A DNA stretch of 64,000 bases from NCBI GenBank assembly GCA_045127215.1, contig JBGVPV010000046.1, positions 1,792-65,791 on the forward strand, in the 5' to 3' direction. Below the pieces are notes generated by a model. The model saw only the letters and a program-made list of their open reading frames with translations, had not been told where the DNA came from and did not search any database. The first letter of the stretch is position 1, and the number at the start of each line of letters is the position of its first letter. A program made the position numbers and the translations under genes. Source of the DNA: Eubacteriales bacterium. Its GTDB lineage: Bacteria > Bacillota > Clostridia > Oscillospirales > CAG-272. Of the stretch, positions 22,923 to 32,050 are shown piece by piece.

Positions 22923-23225
22923 TCAGAAAAGACCGATGATGCCGTTTACGATAAGAGAGATCAACTCAAACAGCGCTTGTGCTAATTCGAATATCAACGC
23001 GAACGCGATTACAATGGCGATGAAAACCACGTACAATACCAGTAAAATCGCCAACGCGATAAGACCAAGCACGGACATAATAGCCTCAAGCAAGTTATCA
23101 AAGAAGTTTGATACAGGTGATTCCTCGCCGGGTACGGTTGCAAATGCCGGCATTGCAAAGGTGGATAGCAATAAAACAGTCAATACTAAAAGCGAAATGA
23201 TCTTGATAATTTTTCTGTTTTTCAT
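22923..23225 (-). CDS. Small secreted/membrane protein, paralog 2 of 3
   Basis: MKNRKIIKIISLLVLTVLLLSTFAMPAFAT signal peptide with the same architecture. GGAGGAG RBS upstream. Driven by promoter cassette A. Confidence 0.8.
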   Translation of the reverse strand: MKNRKIIKIISLLVLTVLLLSTFAMPAFATVPGEESPVSNFFDNLLEAIMSVLGLIALAILLVLYVVFIAIVIAFALIFELAQALFELISLIVNGIIGLF

Positions 23226-23262
23226 TTTTCTCCTCCAATTTTTTTATTGTTTTTGTGATTTG

Positions 23263-23393
23263 ATTATAACATACTAAAAAATGGATGTCAATACGGTGGG
23301 GAAAAGTTTTTGTAAAAGGCGCTTTTTGAGGTCAAAGTGGTGGAAAAAACCTGAATCGTGCTGAATGCGGTGTTATGCGCCTATTATTTTTCA
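23263..23393 (-). promoter_or_regulatory. Repeated promoter cassette, copy A
   Basis: Minus strand: TTGACA (23291-23286), 17 nt, TATAAT (23268-23263), plus about 100 bp of conserved upstream sequence. Only 3 mismatches to copy C. Confidence 0.7.
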
Positions 23394-23399
23394 AAAAGA

Positions 23400-24866
23400 T
23401 CAACCCTTGCCGCCGGGCGCATATGGAATGATTGTTTCCCCCGTGTTTTTATCGATCCAGATCTCATCAAAGGTAGAATAGTGATCGATAACATATCTTC
23501 GAATGACTAAAACGTAAACCGAATCCGGAGCCCAAGAATTGTATCCGTGTTCAACATGATATCCGTTTGTTTCAATATCAAATCTTTCCCAATAATCCTC
23601 CGCAATCGTGATTGCCTCATAATGGGAAATTTTATTTTGCCAAGGCAATACCATAGGAGAAAATTTAATGTCTGACTTTGGATTTTCTTCGAAATATTTT
23701 TGAATTTCCTCAAGGCTGACCTCTCTGTCGCCGATATAATATCTTGCATCGGGCTCGCCGTCGTTAACTATTCTCCAAAGCTCCCGCTGTTTTATATCAA
23801 CTCCCTCAAAATAGATCTGATACTCGCCGTATTCAAAATCGCTTCCTGTGTGATTCCAGGAGTGCGAGCCGTCTGTTTGGAGATAATACAAATTTCTGAA
23901 GATAAATGAATAAAGAAAAACTGTGCCGGCGTAATAGCGAAGTATCAAGGTATCACCACAATCAATTACCAGCTCGCATACTCCGTCCTTGTCCATATCC
24001 GTATATGCATATCTCAGATCCGTCGCGCCTTCCAGAGGAATCATCATATAGGGTGTTCTGACGTCTTTAAGATAGACGCACGACTCCCAGAGCTCGTCAA
24101 ACACCTGTCTGCTTCCATTTAATACTTGCTCATACGCCATAATCGCCGTGTCAGCTTCTGTAAAGGCATTTTGATCAAATGTGCTTGTGCGGATAGGCAG
24201 GGTAACAGACTCATCTACCTGAGAGTTTTGGTTTAAGTAAACCAGCTCCAGCGCCATTTCACGCTCCGTGAATTCCGCTTTCAATATGGGCATAACTTCA
24301 CGGAGAGAAAAATCCAACGAAAACGTTTTGAAAAATTCGTTTCTGTCGAATATATCTCTTACCACAATAGCGCCCTTATTTGCATCATTTTCCTGCGTTG
24401 CATCAACGTAAGTCAAAAGATTACCCGAAATTGCAATAACGTCAAGAAATTCCTCAGAAAAGCGATTGTTCTCTGCGTCATAATATTTGCTGACCGACGT
24501 GCCTGTTCCCATTTCAATGCGTATCTCAATTACCCATTGATCGATCGTGGAGATAGTAAGCGGTCTATCGGTGACCTCAACGAGCACCTCTCTTCCCCAA
24601 CGGTCATAAATGTGATATTCGCTTTCTCCGAGTCCAATGTCAACTATTTTATAATGCTTATCAGCTTCAACGATCGGCCCTAACTCCGTGTCGTCGGTAG
24701 TGTTATTTTCTTTATTGTCGTTATTATTGGAATTATCATTACCGTTCATATCGTTTTCCGTATCGCTATCCATACCGGGCAATTCATTACCGTCATTTTG
24801 CACAGTACAGGAAATCAGCGAAAATATCATAATCAAGCAAAGCCAAAAAGCGATATATTTTTTCAT
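23400..24866 (-). CDS. Hypothetical lipoprotein (488 aa)
   Basis: Lipobox IFSLISC, then an Asn/Asp-rich low-complexity linker and globular domains of unknown family. Confidence 0.8.
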   Translation of the reverse strand: MKKYIAFWLCLIMIFSLISCTVQNDGNELPGMDSDTENDMNGNDNSNNNDNKENNTTDDTELGPIVEADKHYKIVDIGLGESEYHIYDRWGREVLVEVTDRPLTISTIDQWVIEIRIEMGTGTSVSKYYDAENNRFSEEFLDVIAISGNLLTYVDATQENDANKGAIVVRDIFDRNEFFKTFSLDFSLREVMPILKAEFTEREMALELVYLNQNSQVDESVTLPIRTSTFDQNAFTEADTAIMAYEQVLNGSRQVFDELWESCVYLKDVRTPYMMIPLEGATDLRYAYTDMDKDGVCELVIDCGDTLILRYYAGTVFLYSFIFRNLYYLQTDGSHSWNHTGSDFEYGEYQIYFEGVDIKQRELWRIVNDGEPDARYYIGDREVSLEEIQKYFEENPKSDIKFSPMVLPWQNKISHYEAITIAEDYWERFDIETNGYHVEHGYNSWAPDSVYVLVIRRYVIDHYSTFDEIWIDKNTGETIIPYAPGGKG

Positions 24867-24897
24867 GTGTAATCTCCGAATTTATATTGATAAAACA

Positions 24898-24990
24898 AGT
24901 ATAGCATACTAAAAAATGGATGTCAATACGGTGGGGAAAAGTTTTTGTAAAAGGCACTTTTTGAGGTCAAAGTGGTGGAAAAAACCTGAA
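24898..24990 (-). promoter_or_regulatory. Repeated promoter cassette, copy B (truncated)
   Basis: Minus strand: TTGACA (24926-24921), 17 nt, TATACT (24903-24898). 86 bp nearly identical to copy A (1 mismatch), after which the sequences diverge. Confidence 0.7.
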
Positions 24991-25157
24991 ATTTGATTTG
25001 TTTGACAGATTGTAAATTCAAATTTGACAAATTAATACGCAAATTCCATAAAAAAGCTTGCATAATATGGCAAACGGTGATATAATGGTTACATCACAAT
25101 GACCACCGCAAAAAAGCACCGCGCCTTCCTTGCGGGATCTTTTAGGAGGAAAACAAA

Positions 25158-26975
25158 ATGAAAAAGATATCAGTATTACTGATAGCACTTGTTCTTGCGC
25201 TTTCGCTTACTTCCTGCGCTTTTGTCAAGGGAATACTCGTTAATTACGAGGTTAAATTCGACCTTAACGGCGGCGTAGCCGGCGAAGGATTTGTTGAAAG
25301 CGTTACCGTAAAGCACGGCAAAACAGTCGCTATGTCCACTCCCACGATGGAGAACTTCACGTTTGAGGGTTGGTATGACGGAGATACCCTTTACACCGCC
25401 GAAACCCCCATCGAAAAGAACGTTACCCTTGTAGCAAAGTGGAAATTCAACAACACCTACACACTCACCTTTGAGACAGGCGGCATGGCAGACGTTCCCG
25501 TATCCCACCCCGTGATCGGTGAGCTTCCCGATATCCCTGCAGCGCCTCAGGTTGAAGGCTACGTTTTCGCGGGTTGGTATTTTGATCCCGAATTCACAAC
25601 AAGATTTTTCTTTGATTATTCCTTGAACGAGGCAACCACTCTTTATGCTAAGTTCTATGATCTTGCCCTCGGCGAGTACACGGTAATTTCCAACTACGAG
25701 CAGCTCGCAGCTATCAAGGACGCCCCCGATGCAAAGTATCTCCTTGCTTGCGACATCAACTGTAAGGGTGAAACACTTGATGCTATCAATGAATTTACAG
25801 GCGAGATTGATGGTAACGGATATAGGATATTCAACTTCAGCATTAATAAAGACGCTGATTTCGTGTCATTTATCAATGTAAACAAGGGCACTGTAAAGAA
25901 TCTCACATTTGATGACTTTACATTTGACGTATTATATAACGCTGGCGGCTCATCATATTATGGTGTTGTTTGCGGTATAAATAATGGAACTGTTGAAAAC
26001 TGTCATACAAAAAACGGCGTAATAACAATAAATTACAGTATTTATGCTACAAGAATCAATGTATATTTCGGTGGAATTGTTGGATATAATACCGGAGTAG
26101 TTGAAGGATGCACAAACAACGCGACTATCAATACTTCTTTTTCTGCAAGCGGCGACGGGGCTTGGTATTATACGAACAACGGTATTATAGCTGCTAATGT
26201 AGCAGGAATCTGTGGTTATATTGAGCCAACAGGTAAGGTAATTGATTGCGCTAACCTCGCTGAGATTTTTGTTATTGCACAGTCCCATAACGGATATGGA
26301 TATAACTATATTCACGCTGCTGGCATAGTCGGCGAAAATACGGGTAAAGTTGAAAGCAGCAAAAACATCGGAAATATTGATGTTAATTTGATAGACTCAG
26401 GATATATTTCTTTCCATATCGGTGGCGGAGTTGCTATCAATCAAGCCGGAAGCGTTATAAATTCCTATGCAAAATGTAACATCAATATTAAGAACAATTC
26501 CAATGACGCCGATAGCATACTCGGTGGATTCTCAGGATATAACAGCGGTAAGCTTCATAACTGCTATAGTGCCGTTAACATAAAGGATACCACCGCTACA
26601 CATAAGGCGCTCGGCGGCTTTGTTGGCTTCAACGAGCTTTTGTCCGGTAGCGAGTCTCTTGTAAATAAGTGCTTTGCTATGGGTAGCATTGAGATCACGG
26701 GAACTCCCAAAAACATTGGAGCTTTCGCGGGTCTTTCCACAGGTACTATCAAGGACGCTTACTACGCGGATACCTTGACGATCAATAAGGTCGTTACAAC
26801 TACTGACGAAAACGGTGAAACAACCGAAACACTCGAGCCCGTAGCTACCACGAATACCCTCGGCACCGCAAAGACCGAGAGCGAGCTTCTCGCGCTTGAT
26901 TTCCTTGAAAACACACTCTATTTCGATAGAATGGTTTGGTTCTTGGTTGACGGCAAGCTCCCTGAGCTCAGATAA
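25158..26975 (+). CDS. Surface lipoprotein with Listeria-Bacteroides (InlB B-type) repeats and GLUG-like motifs
   Basis: Lipobox LSLTSC. Two F(E/A)GWY...TLYAKW/F repeats. Multiple GG(I/F)VG / GLUG-like repeats in the C-terminal half. Confidence 0.8.
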   Translation: MKKISVLLIALVLALSLTSCAFVKGILVNYEVKFDLNGGVAGEGFVESVTVKHGKTVAMSTPTMENFTFEGWYDGDTLYTAETPIEKNVTLVAKWKFNNTYTLTFETGGMADVPVSHPVIGELPDIPAAPQVEGYVFAGWYFDPEFTTRFFFDYSLNEATTLYAKFYDLALGEYTVISNYEQLAAIKDAPDAKYLLACDINCKGETLDAINEFTGEIDGNGYRIFNFSINKDADFVSFINVNKGTVKNLTFDDFTFDVLYNAGGSSYYGVVCGINNGTVENCHTKNGVITINYSIYATRINVYFGGIVGYNTGVVEGCTNNATINTSFSASGDGAWYYTNNGIIAANVAGICGYIEPTGKVIDCANLAEIFVIAQSHNGYGYNYIHAAGIVGENTGKVESSKNIGNIDVNLIDSGYISFHIGGGVAINQAGSVINSYAKCNINIKNNSNDADSILGGFSGYNSGKLHNCYSAVNIKDTTATHKALGGFVGFNELLSGSESLVNKCFAMGSIEITGTPKNIGAFAGLSTGTIKDAYYADTLTINKVVTTTDENGETTETLEPVATTNTLGTAKTESELLALDFLENTLYFDRMVWFLVDGKLPELR

Positions 26976-26995
26976 TCTGATAAGATAAAAAATTT

Positions 26996-27027
26996 AACGG
27001 CTACTCCTCACGGAGTAGCCGTTTTTA
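26996..27027. terminator. Terminator hairpin between convergent genes
   Basis: aacggctactcc tcac ggagtagccgtt followed by TTTT. Confidence 0.8.
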
Positions 27028-27110
27028 GTATTTTGTTATGTATGCTCAATGGTAACCTTGGTCAACGCAAGTCTGATGAATAATTGTAGTGTTACTCGAT
27101 GCTCCCGGCA

Positions 27111-29198
27111 TCACGTATACCATGGACCGGTATCTTCCCATTTTCCGTATTCATACCATTGACTGCATTTAATTCCCATTTTATCATCTCCGGATTTTTT
27201 ATCCAATTTGAGTTTATTACCATCAATCGTTACGACGCATTCGCATTTATTTTTTTCGATTTTTATTGTTAATATATATTGCCCTGATTTGTATGCAAGG
27301 CTCCAGGTACCTTCATACCAGGCGCAGTTATCAGTTTGTATATATCCGACACCGACGATAATCTCACCATTTTCCTTGAAGGTAATATCCCATGCTTTGT
27401 AACGTTCCCAGCCGTTCTCTACAACTGTTTCAATGTAATACCATTCACCGATAAGTCTTTCTGACATTGATCCTGACGAAAAAGGCGGTAATATTATATT
27501 ACTTCCGGAAGAATCGTTAGTTTTCAGGAGATTAAGATCTTCAAGGTATTGGCGGATTTCTTTTGTGTAATCTTTTTTGCTGTTTATTTCATCATTTTCT
27601 TGTGCTAACAAACATATTTCAAAATTGCCAATCATTTCATTAACGTTCTTATAATATCCGTCTAACAGTCCCGCACCACCATATACAGACATATATTTAT
27701 CTTTAGCTTCAAAGCATTTGCGCGTTGCTTTCAGATAAATTATGGCTGTCATACGGGATATTTCCAGCGCTTTCGCATCTATTTCGCTATTTGTTATCTT
27801 TGAATCTAAATATGCATCAAAGGCATTTTGCTGGATAGCGGTATATGCGGATAATTTGGAGATTTCACTAGCCGCTTTGTTAACCGGCCAAAATACTGAA
27901 AATGCGGCATCCATGACATCCAAGTACGTTCCTATGGATGAAATGTGAATACTTGTTCCTGCTGCTTCTGCCCATATATCAATGGTATCTTTTACCAGTT
28001 TATCACAAGCGTCGGCAGTAAACTTACCCACTAAGGGCTTTGCGCTTTCCAAAATAGCAACAATGTTAGAGTTCATCATTGCACAAACTTTTTGCGCCGC
28101 AAGCTTTTCGCCGCCAGTCGTTTTTGCACCTTTTCTTAGGTATATATATTCCAATGCGTCGGCATAGGATTCCGTATCTGCCATCATAATATTTAAACAG
28201 GCAAATCCGGCGTTTAGCATTTTAAACGCGCTGTTGATCTGCTTCATGGTTTTAGGAAAATCGCCGGGGTCGCCCTTCCATGACTCGTAATCTCCGAGAA
28301 CTTCTGAGCCCTCTTTTATTAACATCTCACGATATAATTTAGGGTCACTCATGGTATCGGATATATCCTTGGTCAACTTTTTTCCGAGCGCGTAGGCTAT
28401 TTCCTCATAACACTCTTTAGATGTCAATCCTTCTACCAAATCTACGGAAAGTGTAGTGAAATTTGAAAATGATTTTCCTATTGAATTTACAATCCCAAGC
28501 GTTTCCGAGGTTGTATCCTCCGGAATGCCAAAATCTCTGAATGTATCAACATATACTTCATAATCATATAAACTGGTATCGTCTTTATCTCCTGTAACGG
28601 TAACCGTTTTTTTCCACACGTCATCAAGATTTAATAGACTATCAAGTACATGCATCGCCGTCAATCCTGCTACGGCCCAGGGATCATCGCCCAATTCTTC
28701 GACATAAAAGAAGTAAAAGTCCATAGGGTCAAACTCATCTATTACTTCCCAATAAGACAAAATGTCCGATTCAAGACGAAGACATCCCTTTTCGATGTCT
28801 ATCGAAACGTTTAACCAGGGGGCTATTTCACTGAACGGCAAAAAGTAATTACCGTCTAATGAGATGGCACCTGAGAAGGACTGCTTTATATTATTGACTT
28901 TTAAAGTTTGCCTTTTGTAGTCAATAACTACTGTTTTCATTCCCAGCTTGAAGATACCTCGATTGTCTTCGGTTACTTGGTAGCTGTATCTTGTCAGATC
29001 TGAAAATTGTTCTGCTTTAATATAAATGTCATTTTCGTTAACCAATGCATCTACAGTTTTTATATATCCGTTGCCCTCCTTAGATACTACAATATCTATC
29101 AGCACAGGCTCAAGATCATCGTTCTTGGCAAACGCAGAAAACGAGAGGACATTGATTATAATCGCTATTAATAATATGGTTGAGATTATTGATTTCAT
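27111..29198 (-). CDS. Hypothetical secreted protein (695 aa)
   Basis: Signal peptide MKSIISTILLIAIIINVLSFSAFA. No catalytic motif recognised. The start overlaps the upstream gene stop by 4 nt. Confidence 0.75.
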   Translation of the reverse strand: MKSIISTILLIAIIINVLSFSAFAKNDDLEPVLIDIVVSKEGNGYIKTVDALVNENDIYIKAEQFSDLTRYSYQVTEDNRGIFKLGMKTVVIDYKRQTLKVNNIKQSFSGAISLDGNYFLPFSEIAPWLNVSIDIEKGCLRLESDILSYWEVIDEFDPMDFYFFYVEELGDDPWAVAGLTAMHVLDSLLNLDDVWKKTVTVTGDKDDTSLYDYEVYVDTFRDFGIPEDTTSETLGIVNSIGKSFSNFTTLSVDLVEGLTSKECYEEIAYALGKKLTKDISDTMSDPKLYREMLIKEGSEVLGDYESWKGDPGDFPKTMKQINSAFKMLNAGFACLNIMMADTESYADALEYIYLRKGAKTTGGEKLAAQKVCAMMNSNIVAILESAKPLVGKFTADACDKLVKDTIDIWAEAAGTSIHISSIGTYLDVMDAAFSVFWPVNKAASEISKLSAYTAIQQNAFDAYLDSKITNSEIDAKALEISRMTAIIYLKATRKCFEAKDKYMSVYGGAGLLDGYYKNVNEMIGNFEICLLAQENDEINSKKDYTKEIRQYLEDLNLLKTNDSSGSNIILPPFSSGSMSERLIGEWYYIETVVENGWERYKAWDITFKENGEIIVGVGYIQTDNCAWYEGTWSLAYKSGQYILTIKIEKNKCECVVTIDGNKLKLDKKSGDDKMGIKCSQWYEYGKWEDTGPWYT

Positions 29199-29782
29199 TT
29201 TGTGTTCTCCTGATCTAAGAACTCTATTAAATATTCCTGAACGGCATGAGTATTACCGTTGCAAAAATTTACGATTTCTTCTGTGAATATTGGTGAATAT
29301 CCGTCGTCATCTCTAGAGAATTTTACGGTAAACTCTTTTTTTACGACGGGGGCTTTTTCAAGAACCGATTCAAGGCGTGCTATGATTTCGCTTACCGAAG
29401 CGACTTCATCGGCGGAAAGGGTGGAAAAATATTCGATCAATACCTCTGAATAGTCCACGCTTGTGATAAGGCAGTTAGCATAATATCCTTCACTTGAAAG
29501 CTTTACTCCCAATACGTCTATTGATAGGTGTTTTTTAAGGGGAGCGCGAAAAGAATTTACATCTTCTATCAGATTAATTGTTTGATCAACTGTATCATCC
29601 ATGATACTTTGCGCTTGTTTCTTTGTTAAGATCAAGCCGGAACTAAAAATAATAATACATGAAATTACTACTATGAGTATCACGCTTATTATTGTTATAA
29701 GCAACCGTTTATTTTGGGAAAATATTCTTGTCAAGATCGGCTGTGATTCTTTGTCATTCGTTTTTTTTGCGTTCATATACAC
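29195..29782 (-). CDS. Hypothetical membrane-anchored protein (195 aa)
   Basis: Single N-terminal TM segment (LLITIISVILIVVISCIIIFSSGLIL). Translationally coupled to 27111..29198. Downstream of promoter cassette C. Confidence 0.7.
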   Translation of the reverse strand: MYMNAKKTNDKESQPILTRIFSQNKRLLITIISVILIVVISCIIIFSSGLILTKKQAQSIMDDTVDQTINLIEDVNSFRAPLKKHLSIDVLGVKLSSEGYYANCLITSVDYSEVLIEYFSTLSADEVASVSEIIARLESVLEKAPVVKKEFTVKFSRDDDGYSPIFTEEIVNFCNGNTHAVQEYLIEFLDQENTK

Positions 29783-29878
29783 CTCAAATTAAAAGATATG
29801 TGAATATATTTAAATTATATCATAGCGGTAGTTTTTTGTCAATCATATTTATATCCGTCAATTTTACACGATCGGATT

Positions 29879-29998
29879 CTATTAACATACTAAAAAATGG
29901 ATGTCAATACGGTGGGGAAAAGTTTTTGTAAAAAGCGCTTTTTGAGGTCAAAGTGGTGGAAAAAACCTGAATCGTACTGAATGCGGTGTTATGTGCCT
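29879..29998 (-). promoter_or_regulatory. Repeated promoter cassette, copy C
   Basis: Minus strand: TTGACA (29907-29902), 17 nt, TAATAG (29884-29879). About 114 bp nearly identical to copy A. Confidence 0.65.
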
Positions 29999-30105
29999 AA
30001 AATACAGTCTGCATAATAAATACAACAAAAAAAGTTGACAATCACGTCACGAATGTGATATAGTATTATCGTACATATTATATTTTTTTAAGAAAGGTCA
30101 TGTGT

Positions 30106-31638
30106 ATGAAAAGTTGGTTGAAAAATGCGGTAATATATAATATTTATCCTCAGTCGTTTAACGATTCAAACGGTGACGGTATTGGGGATATAAACGGTCT
30201 TATTGAAAAACTGGATTACATTGAAGAAATGGGGTATTCGGCTGTTTGGCTCAATCCTATTTACGAGAGCCCTTTCCGCGATGCCGGATACGATGTTTCG
30301 GACTTTTATAAGGTCGCGCCACGTTATGGAACCAATAACGATTTCAAAAGATTTTGCAATGAATGCCAAAAGCGTGGTATAAAGGTCATAATGGATCTGG
30401 TTGCCGGACATACGTCGCTTGAATGTGATTGGTTTAAAAAATCGGCGCTTCCTCAAAAAAACGAATACACCAACAGATATATATGGACAGATTCATGGAC
30501 CGAGAGAGGAAGTAATTTTATAAGTGGCTACTCGGACAGAGACGGCTGCTATATGAAAAATTTCTTTTACTGTCAACCCGCCTTGAATTACGGATATAAG
30601 CAGATCACAAGACCTTGGCAGTTGCCTATGGATCATCCCGATTGTATGGCGACAAGACGCGAGCTTCTCAACATAATGGATTTTTGGTGTGATCTGGGAG
30701 CAACCGGATTCAGAGTAGATATGGCACATTCCTTGGTAAAAGACGATCCCACGGGTGAAGGTATACGCGAGCTTTGGCAATATTTGAAGTCTGAATTTTT
30801 GAAAAAGCATCCGGGCGGAATTTTAATTGCCGAATGGGGCAATCCCGGAAAATCGATACCTACGGGTTTTGATATTGATTTTCTGCTTCATTTTGAAAAT
30901 AAAGCGTATACCACGCTGTTCAGATATGAAAAAGGAACTAATCAAAGTACCAAGTGGATAGGTGAGAGCTATTTCAGAACAGAGGGCAAGGGAGATATCA
31001 ACGAATTTCTTGATATTTATCTTCCTATGTATGAAAAAACCAAGGATAAGGGATACATATCTCTTCCTACGGGCAATCACGATATGCCAAGAATATCCCT
31101 TGGCAGAGATACGACGGATCTGAAAATAGTCTATACCTTTCTTATGACGATGCCCGGTGTTCCCTTCGTTTATTACGGAGACGAGATAGGAATGAAGTAT
31201 ATAGAGGGCTTGACCTCTAAGGAGGGCGGATATAACAGAACGGGTGCGAGAACGCCTATGCAATGGAACGGCGATAAAAACTTCGGATTCTCAGATTGCG
31301 ACGAAACCTATTTACCCGTGGATACGTCATCTGATGCTCCACACGTAGAAAAACAGCTTGCCGATGAAAATTCGCTGATAAATTACGTCAAAACCCTCAT
31401 TAAGCTGAGAAAAGAAAATCGTAATTTATGGGCTGACGTTGGATTTGAGGTGATTGACACGGGATACCCGTTTATTTACCAAAGGGGAGACGTGTTAATC
31501 GTTATCAATCCTAAAGATCAGGCTTTTGAGAAAAAGATCAAGGGCAGCATTCTGTGCGGAGTAAATGCAAATATCGATGCAGACGTATTGAATATAAACG
31601 GCAAGGGCGCGGCGATCGTTGATTTAAAATCATTTTAA
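30106..31638 (+). CDS. GH13 alpha-amylase family protein (alpha-glucosidase / oligo-1,6-glucosidase-like)
   Basis: WLKNAVIYNIYPQSFNDSNGDGIGD, GFRVDMAHS, EWGN and GNHDMPR conserved GH13 regions. I prefer the ATG at 30106 for its RBS spacing; the ORF opens at 30100. Confidence 0.9.
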   Translation: MKSWLKNAVIYNIYPQSFNDSNGDGIGDINGLIEKLDYIEEMGYSAVWLNPIYESPFRDAGYDVSDFYKVAPRYGTNNDFKRFCNECQKRGIKVIMDLVAGHTSLECDWFKKSALPQKNEYTNRYIWTDSWTERGSNFISGYSDRDGCYMKNFFYCQPALNYGYKQITRPWQLPMDHPDCMATRRELLNIMDFWCDLGATGFRVDMAHSLVKDDPTGEGIRELWQYLKSEFLKKHPGGILIAEWGNPGKSIPTGFDIDFLLHFENKAYTTLFRYEKGTNQSTKWIGESYFRTEGKGDINEFLDIYLPMYEKTKDKGYISLPTGNHDMPRISLGRDTTDLKIVYTFLMTMPGVPFVYYGDEIGMKYIEGLTSKEGGYNRTGARTPMQWNGDKNFGFSDCDETYLPVDTSSDAPHVEKQLADENSLINYVKTLIKLRKENRNLWADVGFEVIDTGYPFIYQRGDVLIVINPKDQAFEKKIKGSILCGVNANIDADVLNINGKGAAIVDLKSF

Positions 31639-31668
31639 TTAAAATGAATAATACGGTAAATTGAACGA

Positions 31669-31700
31669 AAAGACGGCACGCGATTGCGTACCGTCTTTTG
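31669..31700. terminator. Bidirectional terminator, shared by the amylase gene and the ancestral tRNA-Leu
   Basis: aaaagacggcacgc ... gcgtaccgtctttt hairpin with U-tracts on both strands. Confidence 0.75.
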
Positions 31701-31702
31701 TT

Positions 31703-31756
31703 TGGTGCGGGTAACAGGACTTGAACCTGCACGAAGTCGCCCCCACTAGAACCTGA
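31703..31756 (-). pseudogene. 3-prime fragment of a split tRNA-Leu(CAG), from anticodon loop to CCA; left junction of the element
   Basis: The first 30 nt (tggtgcgggtaacaggacttgaacctgcac) and the last 12 nt (actagaacctga) match the intact tRNA at 55390..55443, with a different 12-nt variable arm. Homology stops exactly at ACCTGA (31751-31756). Confidence 0.85.
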
Positions 31757-31900
31757 TGGTAACGTCACCTCGGTGGAAGGTTTTTCGCACCATTTTTATA
31801 TTATTTATAGTATAGCATAAAAGTCAAGGAAAATCAAGTCTAAAGTGTTAAATCTGCTTTTGGTCTGGACTTTCCGAAAGCGTTGTGATATTGTGTTGTG

Positions 31901-31968
31901 GTTCACAAAAAAGCGAAACTAAAGTTCACAAAAAAGCGATTGCTTTTGTTCGCAATCTGTGATATAAT
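31901..31968 (+). promoter_or_regulatory. Direct-repeat (LytTR-box-like) operator plus promoter upstream of the two-component genes
   Basis: GTTCACAAAAAAGCGA at 31901-31916 and 31924-31939 (23-bp period), abutting TTGCTT (31940-31945), 17 nt, TATAAT (31963-31968). Confidence 0.55.
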
Positions 31969-32050
31969 ATTTTGGGTTTTTGTATTCAAAGATATTTTTT
32001 AGTAGATCTGTGAAAGCAGTTATAATCATAAAATGAAAGAAGGTGTGGTA

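Noticed and set aside
23281-23364. Conserved 26-27-codon plus-strand ORF (MDVNTVGKSFCK...) inside each promoter cassette.
   Set aside because: It has no SD sequence. The few differences between copies are all non-synonymous, and one copy ends at a different stop. Conservation is better explained by the DNA-level repeat.
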